Assembly: GCA_003193925.1 (NCBI GenBank)
Contig: PSPG01000006.1
Location: 9,750 to 73,749, forward strand
Source: Candidatus Thalassarchaeum betae
GTDB taxonomy: Archaea; Thermoplasmatota; Poseidoniia; Poseidoniales; Thalassarchaeaceae
Reading direction: 5' to 3'
DNA length: 64,000 nt
Shown here: piece after piece, positions 48,040 through 57,686 of the stretch
How positions within the stretch are numbered: the first letter of the stretch is position 1
Layout of the letters: every line of letters begins with the position of its first letter
Program-made: the position numbers and the translations under genes
Notes under the pieces: model-generated
The model's input: only the letters and a program-made list of their open reading frames with translations
Databases searched by the model: none
Told to the model about the DNA's origin: nothing

Positions 48040-48855
48040 TCAAGAATTAATATCTAGGGAAAAATTGCCATTCTCGTCGATAATCAGATTATCCCCGTCC
48101 TCGAGCTGGTGCACCGAACTTGGAAGTTCTGGCATCGGGAAACCACCCTCGATGCCCACACCGCTGGCGTAGTTGTGGGTGACCAACACGAGGGCGTCCG
48201 GGTATCTCCGTGCAAACGAGATGACATCCGATGGGGTGTGGTGGTGAGGGCTCTGAACGAAGTCCGGAATGCCCATTTCGAGCAGGACGGCATCGGCTCT
48301 GGCGCTCCTCTGTTCTATTCCCTCGCACGGCCCCGAGTCGCCACAGTGTAGGAGGCGGAAGCCGCTCGAGTGGACCAACTCGTATCCGTGCGGGTCAGTC
48401 TCGGGCGTGTGGCAGACCGGGAACCTCTCATAGCTCCAGTCGGTACCAGCCAGTTCTCCCGACTCCGACTCCGACCAGTTCGCCCGCTCATCGAGGGCGG
48501 CGTCCAAGCTGCCGGGGAATCCAGTCCTGCACAGCACGTCGAGGATGTCTCTGCCCCCAGGCCTCAGATGCACACCGAGGGTTTTGGTGGCATCCGGATC
48601 GGAGACGTGCTGCCGCTCGAGCAGGAGAAAGGGGAACCCGAAGGTATGGTCGGCGTGCCAGTGAGTGAACAGCAGATGCTCGATGTCGGCCGGGGAGACT
48701 CCTGCGCGTCGGAGTTGGACCAACACGGTAGGCGGCGCGTCTACCAGCACGCTACTATCCAGCAGGGCCAGCGCGTGCATGCGCCCCGGAGGGGAGAATG
48801 CGTTGCCGGTGCCGAGGAAGTCAATGCGCGCCACGAACCCCGATGAGGGCCCCAT
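48040..48855 (-). CDS. MBL-fold metallo-hydrolase
   Basis: THWHADH (HxHxDH) and downstream His/Asp ligands, about 271 aa. Confidence 0.8.
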   Translation of the reverse strand: MGPSSGFVARIDFLGTGNAFSPPGRMHALALLDSSVLVDAPPTVLVQLRRAGVSPADIEHLLFTHWHADHTFGFPFLLLERQHVSDPDATKTLGVHLRPGGRDILDVLCRTGFPGSLDAALDERANWSESESGELAGTDWSYERFPVCHTPETDPHGYELVHSSGFRLLHCGDSGPCEGIEQRSARADAVLLEMGIPDFVQSPHHHTPSDVISFARRYPDALVLVTHNYASGVGIEGGFPMPELPSSVHQLEDGDNLIIDENGNFSLDINS

Positions 48856-48925
48856 GACTTGACCTCATCGCCTGCCTCGTCAGAACGGCGGCTGCCCCCG
48901 TTCAGCATTTCTTCATAAACAGGCC

Positions 48926-50242
48926 GTGTTTCGCAAGGCCCGAAGACTTCGAGGCCTCGATATGCCAGACTGGAGTGTGAAGAATCCATACTCGTCAATA
49001 CTCAGTGAGAACTTCGTTCTCAACAGCGAGGGATCACGTAAGGAGACCCGCCATGTCGTCTTCGACTTGGGCGACTCCGGATTGGAGTACAAGGCCGGCG
49101 ATGCCATCGCCGTGATTCCGAGATGCCCGCCCGAACTGGTCGATGAGATACTCTCCATGTGCAACTTCTCAGGGGACGAGAAGGTCGAGACCCACTTGGG
49201 GGCATGCAGCCTGCGGGAGGCACTCACAGACCGCTACGAGGTCCATCGTGTTTCGAAGAAGTGGATCGGGGGCTTGGGACCACGACTGACCTCTGACACC
49301 GGGACGATAGGGATTCGGATCGTCAAGCGACAGCGCGTCTCGTCCGACGATGGCTCGCTGCTGATGGACTGGGAGGGCAGCGGAGTGGATGAAGACGTTC
49401 CCGAGGGGTACGCCGAGATAGGCTTTGCCAGCAATCCGGCCGAAGACCTGTGGAACGAACTCACTGGAGACGCCAAGGCGATGGAGGACTACATCTGGTC
49501 GCGCGACTACATCGACGTCCTCGGGGACTTCGGCCACATTGGATTCACCCCGCAGGAATTGGTCGACGGCATGGACCGGATGAAACCACGACTCTACTCG
49601 ATAGCGAGCAGTCCCGAGCACGAGCCGGGCACCGTGCACCTGACCGTTGCCACCGTGCGCTACAATCACCACGAGCGCGACCGAACCGGCCTATGTACTG
49701 GCTTCCTCGCCGAGCGCTGCGAGGTCGATGACACCGAAATCGGTGTGTTCATGTCGCCGACCCGCTCGTTCGTTTTGCCCGAGGACGGCTCCATCGACAT
49801 CATCATGGTCGGCCCGGGCACGGGCATCGCTCCGTTCCGAGCTTTCCTCCAGCAGCGTGAGTTCGATGGCGCGACCGGGCGCAATTGGCTGTTTTTCGGA
49901 GACTGGACCGAGGGGGGCGAATACTACTACCGCAAGGAGATGGAGGCTTGGAAGGAGAACGGATTGCTCGACAGGCATGACCTAGCGTGGTCCCGCGCTG
50001 GTCCGGAGAAGGTCTACGTCCAGCACCTCATGAAGCAGCACGGCGAGGAGATCTGGAGCTGGCTCAGCGGCGGCGGCTACTTCTACGTCTGCGGCGACAA
50101 GAACTACATGGCCAAGGACGTGCATTCCACCCTCATCGAAATCTGCGCCGAGCACGGCGGCATGTCCGACGAGGAGGCGAAGGAGTTCGTCGAGACCGGC
50201 CTGATGAAGACCGAGAAGCGCTACCTGAGGGACGTCTACTGA
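48926..50242 (+). CDS. FNR-like FAD/NAD(P)-binding oxidoreductase (CysJ / sulfite reductase flavoprotein C-terminal domain type)
   Basis: RLYSIASS FAD-binding motif, GPGTGIAPFR NADP motif and C-terminal YVCGD...RYLRDVY. No flavodoxin domain is present. Confidence 0.8.
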   Translation: MFRKARRLRGLDMPDWSVKNPYSSILSENFVLNSEGSRKETRHVVFDLGDSGLEYKAGDAIAVIPRCPPELVDEILSMCNFSGDEKVETHLGACSLREALTDRYEVHRVSKKWIGGLGPRLTSDTGTIGIRIVKRQRVSSDDGSLLMDWEGSGVDEDVPEGYAEIGFASNPAEDLWNELTGDAKAMEDYIWSRDYIDVLGDFGHIGFTPQELVDGMDRMKPRLYSIASSPEHEPGTVHLTVATVRYNHHERDRTGLCTGFLAERCEVDDTEIGVFMSPTRSFVLPEDGSIDIIMVGPGTGIAPFRAFLQQREFDGATGRNWLFFGDWTEGGEYYYRKEMEAWKENGLLDRHDLAWSRAGPEKVYVQHLMKQHGEEIWSWLSGGGYFYVCGDKNYMAKDVHSTLIEICAEHGGMSDEEAKEFVETGLMKTEKRYLRDVY

Positions 50243-50295
50243 CCCCGCCTCTGGCTCCGCATGACTCATACGACGCGCACGCAGGGGGCTTCACC

Positions 50296-51639
50296 ATGTT
50301 CCGGCGCGTTCTCATCGCGAACCGCGGCGAAATCGCGCTGCGGATACTGCGCTCTCTTCGCTCCCTCGGAATCGAGGCGGTTGTCGCTCACGGCCGCGAT
50401 GACCGACTGACTCTGCCGGTCCGACTGGCTGACGAGGGCGTCTTCATCGCCCGAGACGACCCCTTGGCCTCCTATCTGGACATCGAGGCGATCGTGGCCG
50501 CGGCCAAGGAGGTCGGGGCCGACGCCGTTCACCCGGGCTACGGATTCCTAGCAGAGAACCCGACCTTCGCTGAGAGGCTGGCGGAGGAAGGCATCAAGTT
50601 CATCGGACCCAGCCCCGAGGTGCTACGACTCCTAGGTGACAAACTGGCGGCAAGAGATGCTATGGTCAAGGCCGGGTTACCGGTCGCTAAGGGCTCTGGC
50701 AAGCCGGTGTCCGAGCAGGCCGAAGCCAGCAGCGTGGCCGAGGAAATCGGCTACCCGGTGATGATCAAGGCCGCGGCCGGCGGGGGCGGCATCGGCATAC
50801 AGGTGGTGAACTCCGCTGACGAGTTCGAGGCCGCACTGAGGCTCTGCCAAGGCCGCGCGCTCTCGGCCTTCGGCGATGATAGGGTCTTCATAGAGAAGTT
50901 CATCGAAGGCGCCCAACACATCGAATTCCAAGTCTTGGGCGACGGCTCGGAGGCGGTGCACTTCGGCGAGAGGTTCTGCTCTATACAACGCCGCCACCAG
51001 AAGATCCTCGAGGAGGGCCCGTGGCTGTCCGACGAGATACGGCAGCAACTCGGTGCGAAGGTCGTCGCAGGAGCAGAGGCTGTCGGCTACGAGGGACTGG
51101 CGACATTCGAGTTCCTTCGAGACACCGAGGGCGAGTTCTACTTCCTCGAGGTCAATCCGAGGGTGCAGGTAGAGCACACGGTGACCGAGATGATCGCCGG
51201 CGTCGACCTCGTCTCGTTGGGAATACGCGTGGCCGCTGGGGAGTCACTACCACTCTCCCAGGATGACATCAAGCTCAGCGGGCACGCCATTCAGGTGAGG
51301 ATCAACGCGGAGAACCCGTTCACGCTCGAGCCATCGCCGGGCCGTCTCTGGGAGTGCCACTGGCCCGGCGGCCCGGGCGTGCGCGTGGACACGCACGCGC
51401 ACACGGGGTACGACATGCCCCCCTCCTTCGACTCACTACTGGCCAAGCTGGTCGTGTGGGCGCCCACGCGCGAGGAGGCCATTGCCAAGATGGACGCAGC
51501 GCTGGGCGAGACCCTGATTATCGGAGTGGACACTCTGATACCCCTGCACCGGGCGATTCTGAACGAGACCGACTTCCGCAATAGAGAAGTGAACGTGGAA
51601 TACCTCGACGGGCACCCAGGACTGCTGGACGGGAGGTGA
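50296..51639 (+). CDS. accC: Biotin carboxylase (acetyl-CoA/pyruvate carboxylase subunit A)
   Basis: MFRRVLIANRGEIALRI, an ATP-grasp domain and the EVNPRVQVEHTVTE motif. The ORF track's extended N-terminus upstream of the Met at 50296 is not supported by homology. Confidence 0.93.
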   Translation: MFRRVLIANRGEIALRILRSLRSLGIEAVVAHGRDDRLTLPVRLADEGVFIARDDPLASYLDIEAIVAAAKEVGADAVHPGYGFLAENPTFAERLAEEGIKFIGPSPEVLRLLGDKLAARDAMVKAGLPVAKGSGKPVSEQAEASSVAEEIGYPVMIKAAAGGGGIGIQVVNSADEFEAALRLCQGRALSAFGDDRVFIEKFIEGAQHIEFQVLGDGSEAVHFGERFCSIQRRHQKILEEGPWLSDEIRQQLGAKVVAGAEAVGYEGLATFEFLRDTEGEFYFLEVNPRVQVEHTVTEMIAGVDLVSLGIRVAAGESLPLSQDDIKLSGHAIQVRINAENPFTLEPSPGRLWECHWPGGPGVRVDTHAHTGYDMPPSFDSLLAKLVVWAPTREEAIAKMDAALGETLIIGVDTLIPLHRAILNETDFRNREVNVEYLDGHPGLLDGR

Positions 51640-51643
51640 GGCA

Positions 51644-52606
51644 GTGGAGATGGTGATCGTCGGAAGTATAGGTTTCGATGATATCGAGACTCCTGAGGCC
51701 AGCGGCTCCGATCTGCTCGGTGGGGCTGCCACTCACGCCGGCCTGTCATCTGTCTTCCATTTGCCGCTGCAACCGAGGAGGCCACCTAGGGTTGGCTTGG
51801 TCAGTGCGGTTGGAACCGACTTCCCGAGCGATGCTCAGATCATCCTCGAGGAAGCCGGACTCAACTTGGCAGGTGTGGTCCGCAGGGACGGCCGGACCTT
51901 CCGATGGGCCGGTCGATACGAGGGCTCGATGGAAGAGGTCCATACGATATCTACCGATGTCAACGTGCTGGGGGACTTCAGCCCCGAGGTCCCCGCCGCC
52001 TGGAACGACCCCGAAGTCCTGTTCTGCGCCAACACGCACCCGCGTACACAAGTCTCCGTGCTGGACCAGTGTCCCGGCGCGGCTGTGACCGCACTCGACT
52101 CCTTCATGCTGTGGATCGAGACCGAGTTCGAGGCCCTGTCAGAGGCCCTGCGCAAGGTCGACATCGCGATACTGAACGAGGAGGAGGTCTGTGCGATAGC
52201 AGGCGACGGAATCCTCTCTCGCGCCGTGGAAGCGGTTCGCTCCGGCGCCGCTCTGCACGGCGGCGAGGCCGCCGGACCAGGGCCCCGCAGCCTGATCGTC
52301 AAGCGTGGCGGGAGCGGCTCGGTCGCGCACCTTCCGTGCGGTACCATCACCCTCCCTGCCTATCCCACCGAGGACATGGTCGACCCCACGGGGTGCGGCG
52401 ACTCCTTCGCCGGCGCACTGCTGGCCAACATAGCCGGGCGCAAGGGCGCGTTGAACCAGCTCGACACGATGCGCAACGCGCTTGTGCATGCTACTGTGAC
52501 GGCCTCGTTCACCGTCGAGGGGCTGGGTGCATCGGGGCTTTACGAACTAGAGCGTGGGAGGTACCACGCTCGCGCTGACAAGTACCGACGAATGGTCGGG
52601 CTGTGA
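51644..52606 (+). CDS. PfkB-family carbohydrate/nucleoside kinase
   Basis: C-terminal DPTGCGDSFAGA PfkB signature and a ribokinase-like fold. Confidence 0.8.
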   Translation: MEMVIVGSIGFDDIETPEASGSDLLGGAATHAGLSSVFHLPLQPRRPPRVGLVSAVGTDFPSDAQIILEEAGLNLAGVVRRDGRTFRWAGRYEGSMEEVHTISTDVNVLGDFSPEVPAAWNDPEVLFCANTHPRTQVSVLDQCPGAAVTALDSFMLWIETEFEALSEALRKVDIAILNEEEVCAIAGDGILSRAVEAVRSGAALHGGEAAGPGPRSLIVKRGGSGSVAHLPCGTITLPAYPTEDMVDPTGCGDSFAGALLANIAGRKGALNQLDTMRNALVHATVTASFTVEGLGASGLYELERGRYHARADKYRRMVGL

Positions 52607-54391
52607 TTACTCCAGCCTGCGGATTCCGGGCAGCGGATGCAGATCTCCTTTCGATGAGGTCCTCCTCAACTGCGAGAACCTCAGACCACCTGCTGGTGGG
52701 GGTAGCTCCGTGGGACCTCTCTCCTCCCCGCTCGACACCCTGTTGACGACTTCACTCAGGGCGTCCTTGGCCGAATGGCTCTGTGCCCCCTGCATCTCCC
52801 TGACTCGCGCAGCCACGTCAGCTTGGTGGTCCTGGTCGCTGCGCAGACGGATGTGCTGTGAACTCTGGAAGCGAGCATCCGAGCTCGCGGTCCCGCCATC
52901 ACCGTCACCATATTCGGAGGCATAGGAATGCACCCCCCTTCGAGCGGTTCTGGAAGCCGGGCGCAACAGGGCCTCAATCCAGCTGGGACTCGATTTTCGC
53001 ATAGCCCTCTTGTTGGTCTTGACACGTCCGGTGCTCATGGAGCTCGCCAGCTTCGAGATGCCGGGAAACTCCTCGAGGCTGGCGGCGTCGAGGGCAGGCG
53101 GCGTAGGATTGCCGCCTTGGCCTAGAAGGGCCTGTCGGGCTCGGGCCTGCTTCACGACCCCCGCCCTGCATTCGTCTCTGACGGCATCTTGGGTCGGAGC
53201 GGGCAGGCCGGGTCCGAGGTAAGGTCCGGCAGGGGGTCCGAATCTGCTGTGGGCCCTCCTAATCAATTGGGAGCTGGTCGGCCTCCTCTGCACTGCCAGA
53301 GGGCCCGTGGCGTGGATGTAGGTGCTGGGTTCTGTGTAGGTCGGTGGGCTCGGCGTCGGGGTGCCCCTCGGCGGTGGAGTGGTCGGCGGCGAGTAGCTGG
53401 AAGGCGGTTCGGCATCAAAGATGCCGCCTTCGCCGAAGAGGTCCATGGCCCCGGCCGCAGCCTCCCCGAGAGCCGAGTCGATCCTGCTGTCTGCGTCAGG
53501 CTTCTCGTTGTACCAGTCGGGTGCCTCCTCACGACCCCAGGCCCTCACATAGGCATCCGGGACGGCCTCCTGCGGAGGAGCCGACGGCTGGTAGGTCTGA
53601 GGCGAGTATGACGGCTCAGTAGCGACGCGCTCCTCGGCCTCCCGGGGAAACAACGGCTCTGTCGTGGCCTGAGGCGGCTCAGGTGCTGTGGTAGGCGCCG
53701 GAGCACCGAAATCGAAGGACATCAGCTCCTCCTCGATATCGGTCATGAGCAGGTCATCCTCGGGTGCGGCCAAGAGCCCCCTGGGCTCTGGCAGATTTCC
53801 GCCCGCATCCCTGAAAGCAGGGTATGACGGCAGTTCGGCATCGATGTGCTCGAGCCCCATCCTGGCCTCTTCCATCGAGCAGCCATGGCGGATTCGGTCG
53901 ACCATCAGGCACAGTCTGAGCAGGACCCCCTCGCTGCCGGAGACGATGTGCCTGTCACCGGCCTCGGTCTCGATGGCTAGGACCGAGGTGCGAGAGACCA
54001 GGTATCCGAGCAGCGTCAGCGCGCCTGCAGCTGTCGACACCATGGCGTATGGAGGGAGCATGACGCTTACCCCGAGGTAGATTGCTAGGAAGCCCAAGGG
54101 GACCAATCCTCCAGGGAGCATCGGGACCTTCATGTGGCGCATTCTGGATATCGACCCGAGCGTCAGTCTAATTCCGTGCCCATCGAATCTCTCCAGCGTC
54201 AGCTGACGCTTGGTGAGGACTGCGACGAACCTTCCTCCTGACCCGACCAGATTCAGATTGCCGAACAGTTCCGACTTCTCATCATCCTGGTCGGGCTCAC
54301 GCCCGACTGAGTGCATCCGGCAGTTTGAGCGACTCTGGTTGGCTATAACTGCTCGGGGTGCTGAGAGTCCGCGCGTGCGCCTTACGCGCAC
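52607..54391 (-). CDS. Hypothetical membrane protein with an N-terminal PH-like domain and a long Pro/Thr/Ser-rich low-complexity region
   Basis: N-terminus FVAVLTKRQLTLERFDGHGIRLTLGSISRM, then two TM helices and more than 300 aa of P/T/S/A-rich sequence (PTTPPPRGTPTPSPPTYTEPSTY). The real start may be the internal Met at about 54316. Confidence 0.5.
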   Translation of the reverse strand: MRVRRTRGLSAPRAVIANQSRSNCRMHSVGREPDQDDEKSELFGNLNLVGSGGRFVAVLTKRQLTLERFDGHGIRLTLGSISRMRHMKVPMLPGGLVPLGFLAIYLGVSVMLPPYAMVSTAAGALTLLGYLVSRTSVLAIETEAGDRHIVSGSEGVLLRLCLMVDRIRHGCSMEEARMGLEHIDAELPSYPAFRDAGGNLPEPRGLLAAPEDDLLMTDIEEELMSFDFGAPAPTTAPEPPQATTEPLFPREAEERVATEPSYSPQTYQPSAPPQEAVPDAYVRAWGREEAPDWYNEKPDADSRIDSALGEAAAGAMDLFGEGGIFDAEPPSSYSPPTTPPPRGTPTPSPPTYTEPSTYIHATGPLAVQRRPTSSQLIRRAHSRFGPPAGPYLGPGLPAPTQDAVRDECRAGVVKQARARQALLGQGGNPTPPALDAASLEEFPGISKLASSMSTGRVKTNKRAMRKSSPSWIEALLRPASRTARRGVHSYASEYGDGDGGTASSDARFQSSQHIRLRSDQDHQADVAARVREMQGAQSHSAKDALSEVVNRVSSGEERGPTELPPPAGGLRFSQLRRTSSKGDLHPLPGIRRLE

Positions 54392-54435
54392 ACGAGCCGA
54401 ACGCCGAATGCAGCAGTTTCAGGTTGTTTACGATC

Positions 54436-54912
54436 TCATCCCATTGCGTTACGGGCAGCCTGCGCCCTATCCCAGAGATCATTCTCCTCGTCTGTGGAAG
54501 GTGTGAATTGGGGAATCTCAGTGGGCCTCATCTCAGAGTCTACAGCACACATAAAGAAGAAGCCGGAGCAGATCTCCTCGCCCTCCCACTCGGAGCGTGA
54601 GAGTCGGCATGAAACCACATGCACGCCAGCCGTATGGGGCGAGGTCCAGACGACCCTCGCTGTAGTACGGATGACGTCGCCTTGGTAGGCCGGTCTGCGG
54701 AACTTCAGGGCGTCGATGGAGATGGTGACGAACTCGCTGTGGGCGAACTTGCTCGAGACCATACCAGCCGCGGTGTCCATGATCGACATCAGACGACCTC
54801 CGTACAGCGTGTTCATCGAGTTGGTGTCCCCGGGGAACACCTCGTTGAGCAGCACGACGGGCTTGAGGGAGTGAGGCTCACCCATGTCTCTCAGCCGACC
54901 TCGAGAGCCCAT
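54436..54912 (-). CDS. Acyl-CoA thioesterase (hotdog fold)
   Basis: VFPGDTNSMNTLYGGRLMSIMDTAAGM, typical of the YciA/Acot-type thioesterase. Confidence 0.8.
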   Translation of the reverse strand: MGSRGRLRDMGEPHSLKPVVLLNEVFPGDTNSMNTLYGGRLMSIMDTAAGMVSSKFAHSEFVTISIDALKFRRPAYQGDVIRTTARVVWTSPHTAGVHVVSCRLSRSEWEGEEICSGFFFMCAVDSEMRPTEIPQFTPSTDEENDLWDRAQAARNAMG

Positions 54913-54980
54913 CCCCCTTCAATCTAACATTTCTGCAATCTTCCCCGAATCGGTTCTTCGACCGTTGTCTTCAACCGAAG

Positions 54981-55796
54981 GTGACCGTTCGGAGAGCCAT
55001 GGAAGTGCCTCTACTGCGGTGGAATCCAGCGATTCTGGAGGACCCGGACGGCGGACGCATCGTGCTGTGGCCGCATCTGCCATGCGTCCGGATGCCGAAC
55101 TCCCTGCGATACAGGGACTCCTGGGACGGCCTGGCCCTTCTGTTCAGCCTGAGCGATCTGAGCGCTTGGAGGCATGATGAGGAGCAGGACAAGCAGAGCC
55201 CGGGCGTTCACATCGAGGCCGCTATAGCATCGGGAACCGTCCTAGGTCGGCTGATGAAGGACCTTCAGGAGCACGAGGTCGACGGGCCCAAGATTCCCGA
55301 CCCGGAGCAGACCCGCCTGCTGCTGCACGCGGACAACGCCAGAGGCGGCATGCCTATCTACGCTATCGAGCCGGAACTGGATGACGAATCGTGGTTGAAC
55401 TGGCTCGAGAGGAGCGCAGACGAGCAGTCGCGAGTCACCTCCCTGCTGTCCACTCTCACGACCTCTCGACGTTGGCGCAAGACCCTCTCCCTAGCGATAC
55501 CGATGGTCGAGAGGTCCAAGGGGGTCGGCCCGGACTTGGGCGCCGCCGCAGCCTCGTGTGCAGCTTGGTGGATCGAGGAGCAAGGCGCCCTGACGCCGGA
55601 GATGCTCTCTGAGCGAAACCACCGCTTCGCGGCCCGTCTGCGGGGCGCACTCGCAGATTTGAGGAACAACAGGGTTGATGATGCTGTAGCACGGGACGCC
55701 ACCCTGCTGACACCCGTCCATCAGGCATGGCTGCCCTCCTTGGAGGTCGCGGTCGGCACTTGGCCGGACGCGGAAACGATGCGGAAGGAGGGCTGA
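54981..55796 (+). CDS. Hypothetical protein
   Basis: 271-aa ORF with native codon usage. Tightly coupled (3-nt gap) to the downstream TBP-like gene. Confidence 0.45.
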   Translation: MTVRRAMEVPLLRWNPAILEDPDGGRIVLWPHLPCVRMPNSLRYRDSWDGLALLFSLSDLSAWRHDEEQDKQSPGVHIEAAIASGTVLGRLMKDLQEHEVDGPKIPDPEQTRLLLHADNARGGMPIYAIEPELDDESWLNWLERSADEQSRVTSLLSTLTTSRRWRKTLSLAIPMVERSKGVGPDLGAAAASCAAWWIEEQGALTPEMLSERNHRFAARLRGALADLRNNRVDDAVARDATLLTPVHQAWLPSLEVAVGTWPDAETMRKEG

Positions 55797-55798
55797 TC

Positions 55799-56326
55799 AT
55801 GGAGGAGGGGGGAATCGTCATCGACGTCGAGACCCAGACCTTCATGTTCACACCCTCTTCCCCGATCAACCACCAGGAGGCAGTGACTCTCGCAGGTGGC
55901 TCGGTCAGTGGCCCCTACGTCGTGGTCAGCCACGAGCAGCCGCGCGCCACCTTCGTCATCGAGCCGAGCGGCTCGGTGCTGGTCCACGGGATAGCCCGGG
56001 GCGAGGTCGCTAGGCTCGCCATCCAGGAACTCCTGTTAACTCTCGGGATGTCGGAGGAGAATCTGCGGATGGAGTCGGGAGACATGCTCATCAGATTCTC
56101 TATCGGACGAACTGTGCTACTCGATCTGGCCGCGGAGAGATTCGCGGACATCGAGATGGACGACCGCCTCGGGGCGCTGAGGATCACCGCGACTCTGCAC
56201 AACTCGCAACTACTGATGTTCAACAACGGCCAAGGTGTCGTACTCGGGCAGTCCTCGAAGAAGATCGCCGAGATGGCCGTCCGACACTGGGCCGACTTGC
56301 TGGAGGAAGAGGGAGCCCTAGCGTGA
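55799..56326 (+). CDS. Divergent TATA-box-binding-protein-fold protein (two TBP-like repeats)
   Basis: 176 aa with two internal repeats of about 85 aa. Each ends in a TBP-like strand-helix pattern: PRATFVIEPSGSVLVHGIARGEVARLAIQELLLTLG and NSQLLMFNNGQGVVLGQSSKKIAEMAVRHWADLLEEEG (compare TALIFSSGKxVxTGAKSxEDxxxAxxKxxxxL). The N-terminal DNA-contact signature (NIVAS) is not conserved. Confidence 0.55.
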   Translation: MEEGGIVIDVETQTFMFTPSSPINHQEAVTLAGGSVSGPYVVVSHEQPRATFVIEPSGSVLVHGIARGEVARLAIQELLLTLGMSEENLRMESGDMLIRFSIGRTVLLDLAAERFADIEMDDRLGALRITATLHNSQLLMFNNGQGVVLGQSSKKIAEMAVRHWADLLEEEGALA

Positions 56327-56330
56327 GAGC

Positions 56331-57224
56331 ATGATGTTGGTCGACGGACGCTGGACCGGCCCCATCCTCGACCAGCACCTCCACCTCGACCGCTCCAACA
56401 GGTTCCTCGACGCAATCGCCGAGTTCACTCGAGTCGGCGGTACCGGTATCATGCTGGTTCACAAGCCCGCCTTCTCCGCTGCCGCTCTTCCGACAGACCT
56501 CGACGGCTACCGGGCTGCCTACGCAAATACGCTGAGCATGGCCGACGAGGTCGGGGCCGAGTTCGGAATCGACGTCGGAGTCGTACTCGGCCCTCACCCC
56601 GTCGTATGGGCGCATCAGATTGAGCCGCTGGGCCTCGAGAGGTCGAGCGAGCTCCACCTCGAGGCCGTAGGGCTCGCTCTCGAGCATATCGAGGCCGGTG
56701 AAGCAGTCTGCCTGGGGGAGGTCGGAAGGCCTCACTATCCCGTCGACGAGCAGACTTGGGCGGCTGCCAACGAGCTCCTAGTCGAGGTCATGTCGCTGGC
56801 CGCTGGGGCCGGCACTACGATCCAGCTGCATGTGGAGGACAACGGCGAGACCACCTGCAGGGAGCTCGCCGAGTTGTGCGACAAGGCCGGCCTGCCGAGG
56901 AACAGAGCGATCCGGCACTACGCCCCGGCCGACGTAAGCTCTGGCTTCACGCACGGACTCGCAGCTACTGTGAGTGTGGGCAGGCAGAGTGTCGAGAGGC
57001 TGGTCGCAACAGCGCGTTCAGCAGCAGCGCCCTGGGGGATGGAGACCGACTTCCTCGATGATCCTCGACGACCCGGAGCGGTGCTCGGTCCCAAGACGGT
57101 CCCCAAGCGCACCCAGCAGTTGTGCGCTGCGCTGCTCTCAGCCGACTGGAGCGAGGACGAGGTCAGTGACCTGATGACGGGCATCCACAGCGAGTGGCCA
57201 GCAGATCTGTACGCTACTCGCTAG
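56331..57224 (+). CDS. TatD-family metal-dependent hydrolase (TatD-related DNase)
   Basis: HLHLD, GEVGRPH and QLHVED, the metal-binding motifs of the TIM-barrel TatD family. Confidence 0.7.
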   Translation: MMLVDGRWTGPILDQHLHLDRSNRFLDAIAEFTRVGGTGIMLVHKPAFSAAALPTDLDGYRAAYANTLSMADEVGAEFGIDVGVVLGPHPVVWAHQIEPLGLERSSELHLEAVGLALEHIEAGEAVCLGEVGRPHYPVDEQTWAAANELLVEVMSLAAGAGTTIQLHVEDNGETTCRELAELCDKAGLPRNRAIRHYAPADVSSGFTHGLAATVSVGRQSVERLVATARSAAAPWGMETDFLDDPRRPGAVLGPKTVPKRTQQLCAALLSADWSEDEVSDLMTGIHSEWPADLYATR

Positions 57225-57464
57225 GCCACCGTAACTCGGGCATGAACATCATCACGGCACCCGTCACGAACAGTATCATGGTCAGGACGAAGCCTTGGAA
57301 CTCGCCTATTGGGACCTCATACCCTAGTTCTGCTAGGCCCATCCTCCACATCGGCCCGTTGATCGGCAGGAACAGGAACATCACGACTACCCCCAACTTC
57401 TGACGGAGCAGCACGAACGAGCCACTTTGGGCCGGTTGATGAAGTGAACGGAGGTAGACATTAT

Positions 57465-57538
57465 TGGTGCGCCCGCCGGGATTTGAACCCGGGACTGGAG
57501 GTTGGAAGCCTCAGATGATACCCCTTCACCACAGGCGC
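57465..57538 (-). tRNA. tRNA-Gly (anticodon UCC), CCA encoded
   Basis: Reverse complement GCGCCTG/TG/GTGA..TCAT/TGAGG-CTTCCAA-CCTCC/CCGGG-TTCAAAT-CCCGG/CGGGCGC-A-CCA. Confidence 0.8.
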
Positions 57539-57686
57539 GGTGACCCGCCGACCTCAGGCTCCCACTAAACCGATTCGGTGGGGGAATAACGACGAGTGAA
57601 GCATTCACGCGTCCCCCATCGCGGAGGGACGATGCCATCTCCGGCGGAGTGAAGCATTCAAAGGGTGCCGTCAGAACGAGCGACCA

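Noticed and set aside
49987-50295. 103-aa N-terminal extension of the biotin carboxylase ORF
   Set aside because: Arg-rich, overlaps the end of the upstream FNR-like gene, and biotin carboxylase homology begins exactly at MFRRVLIANRGEIA (ATG at 50296).
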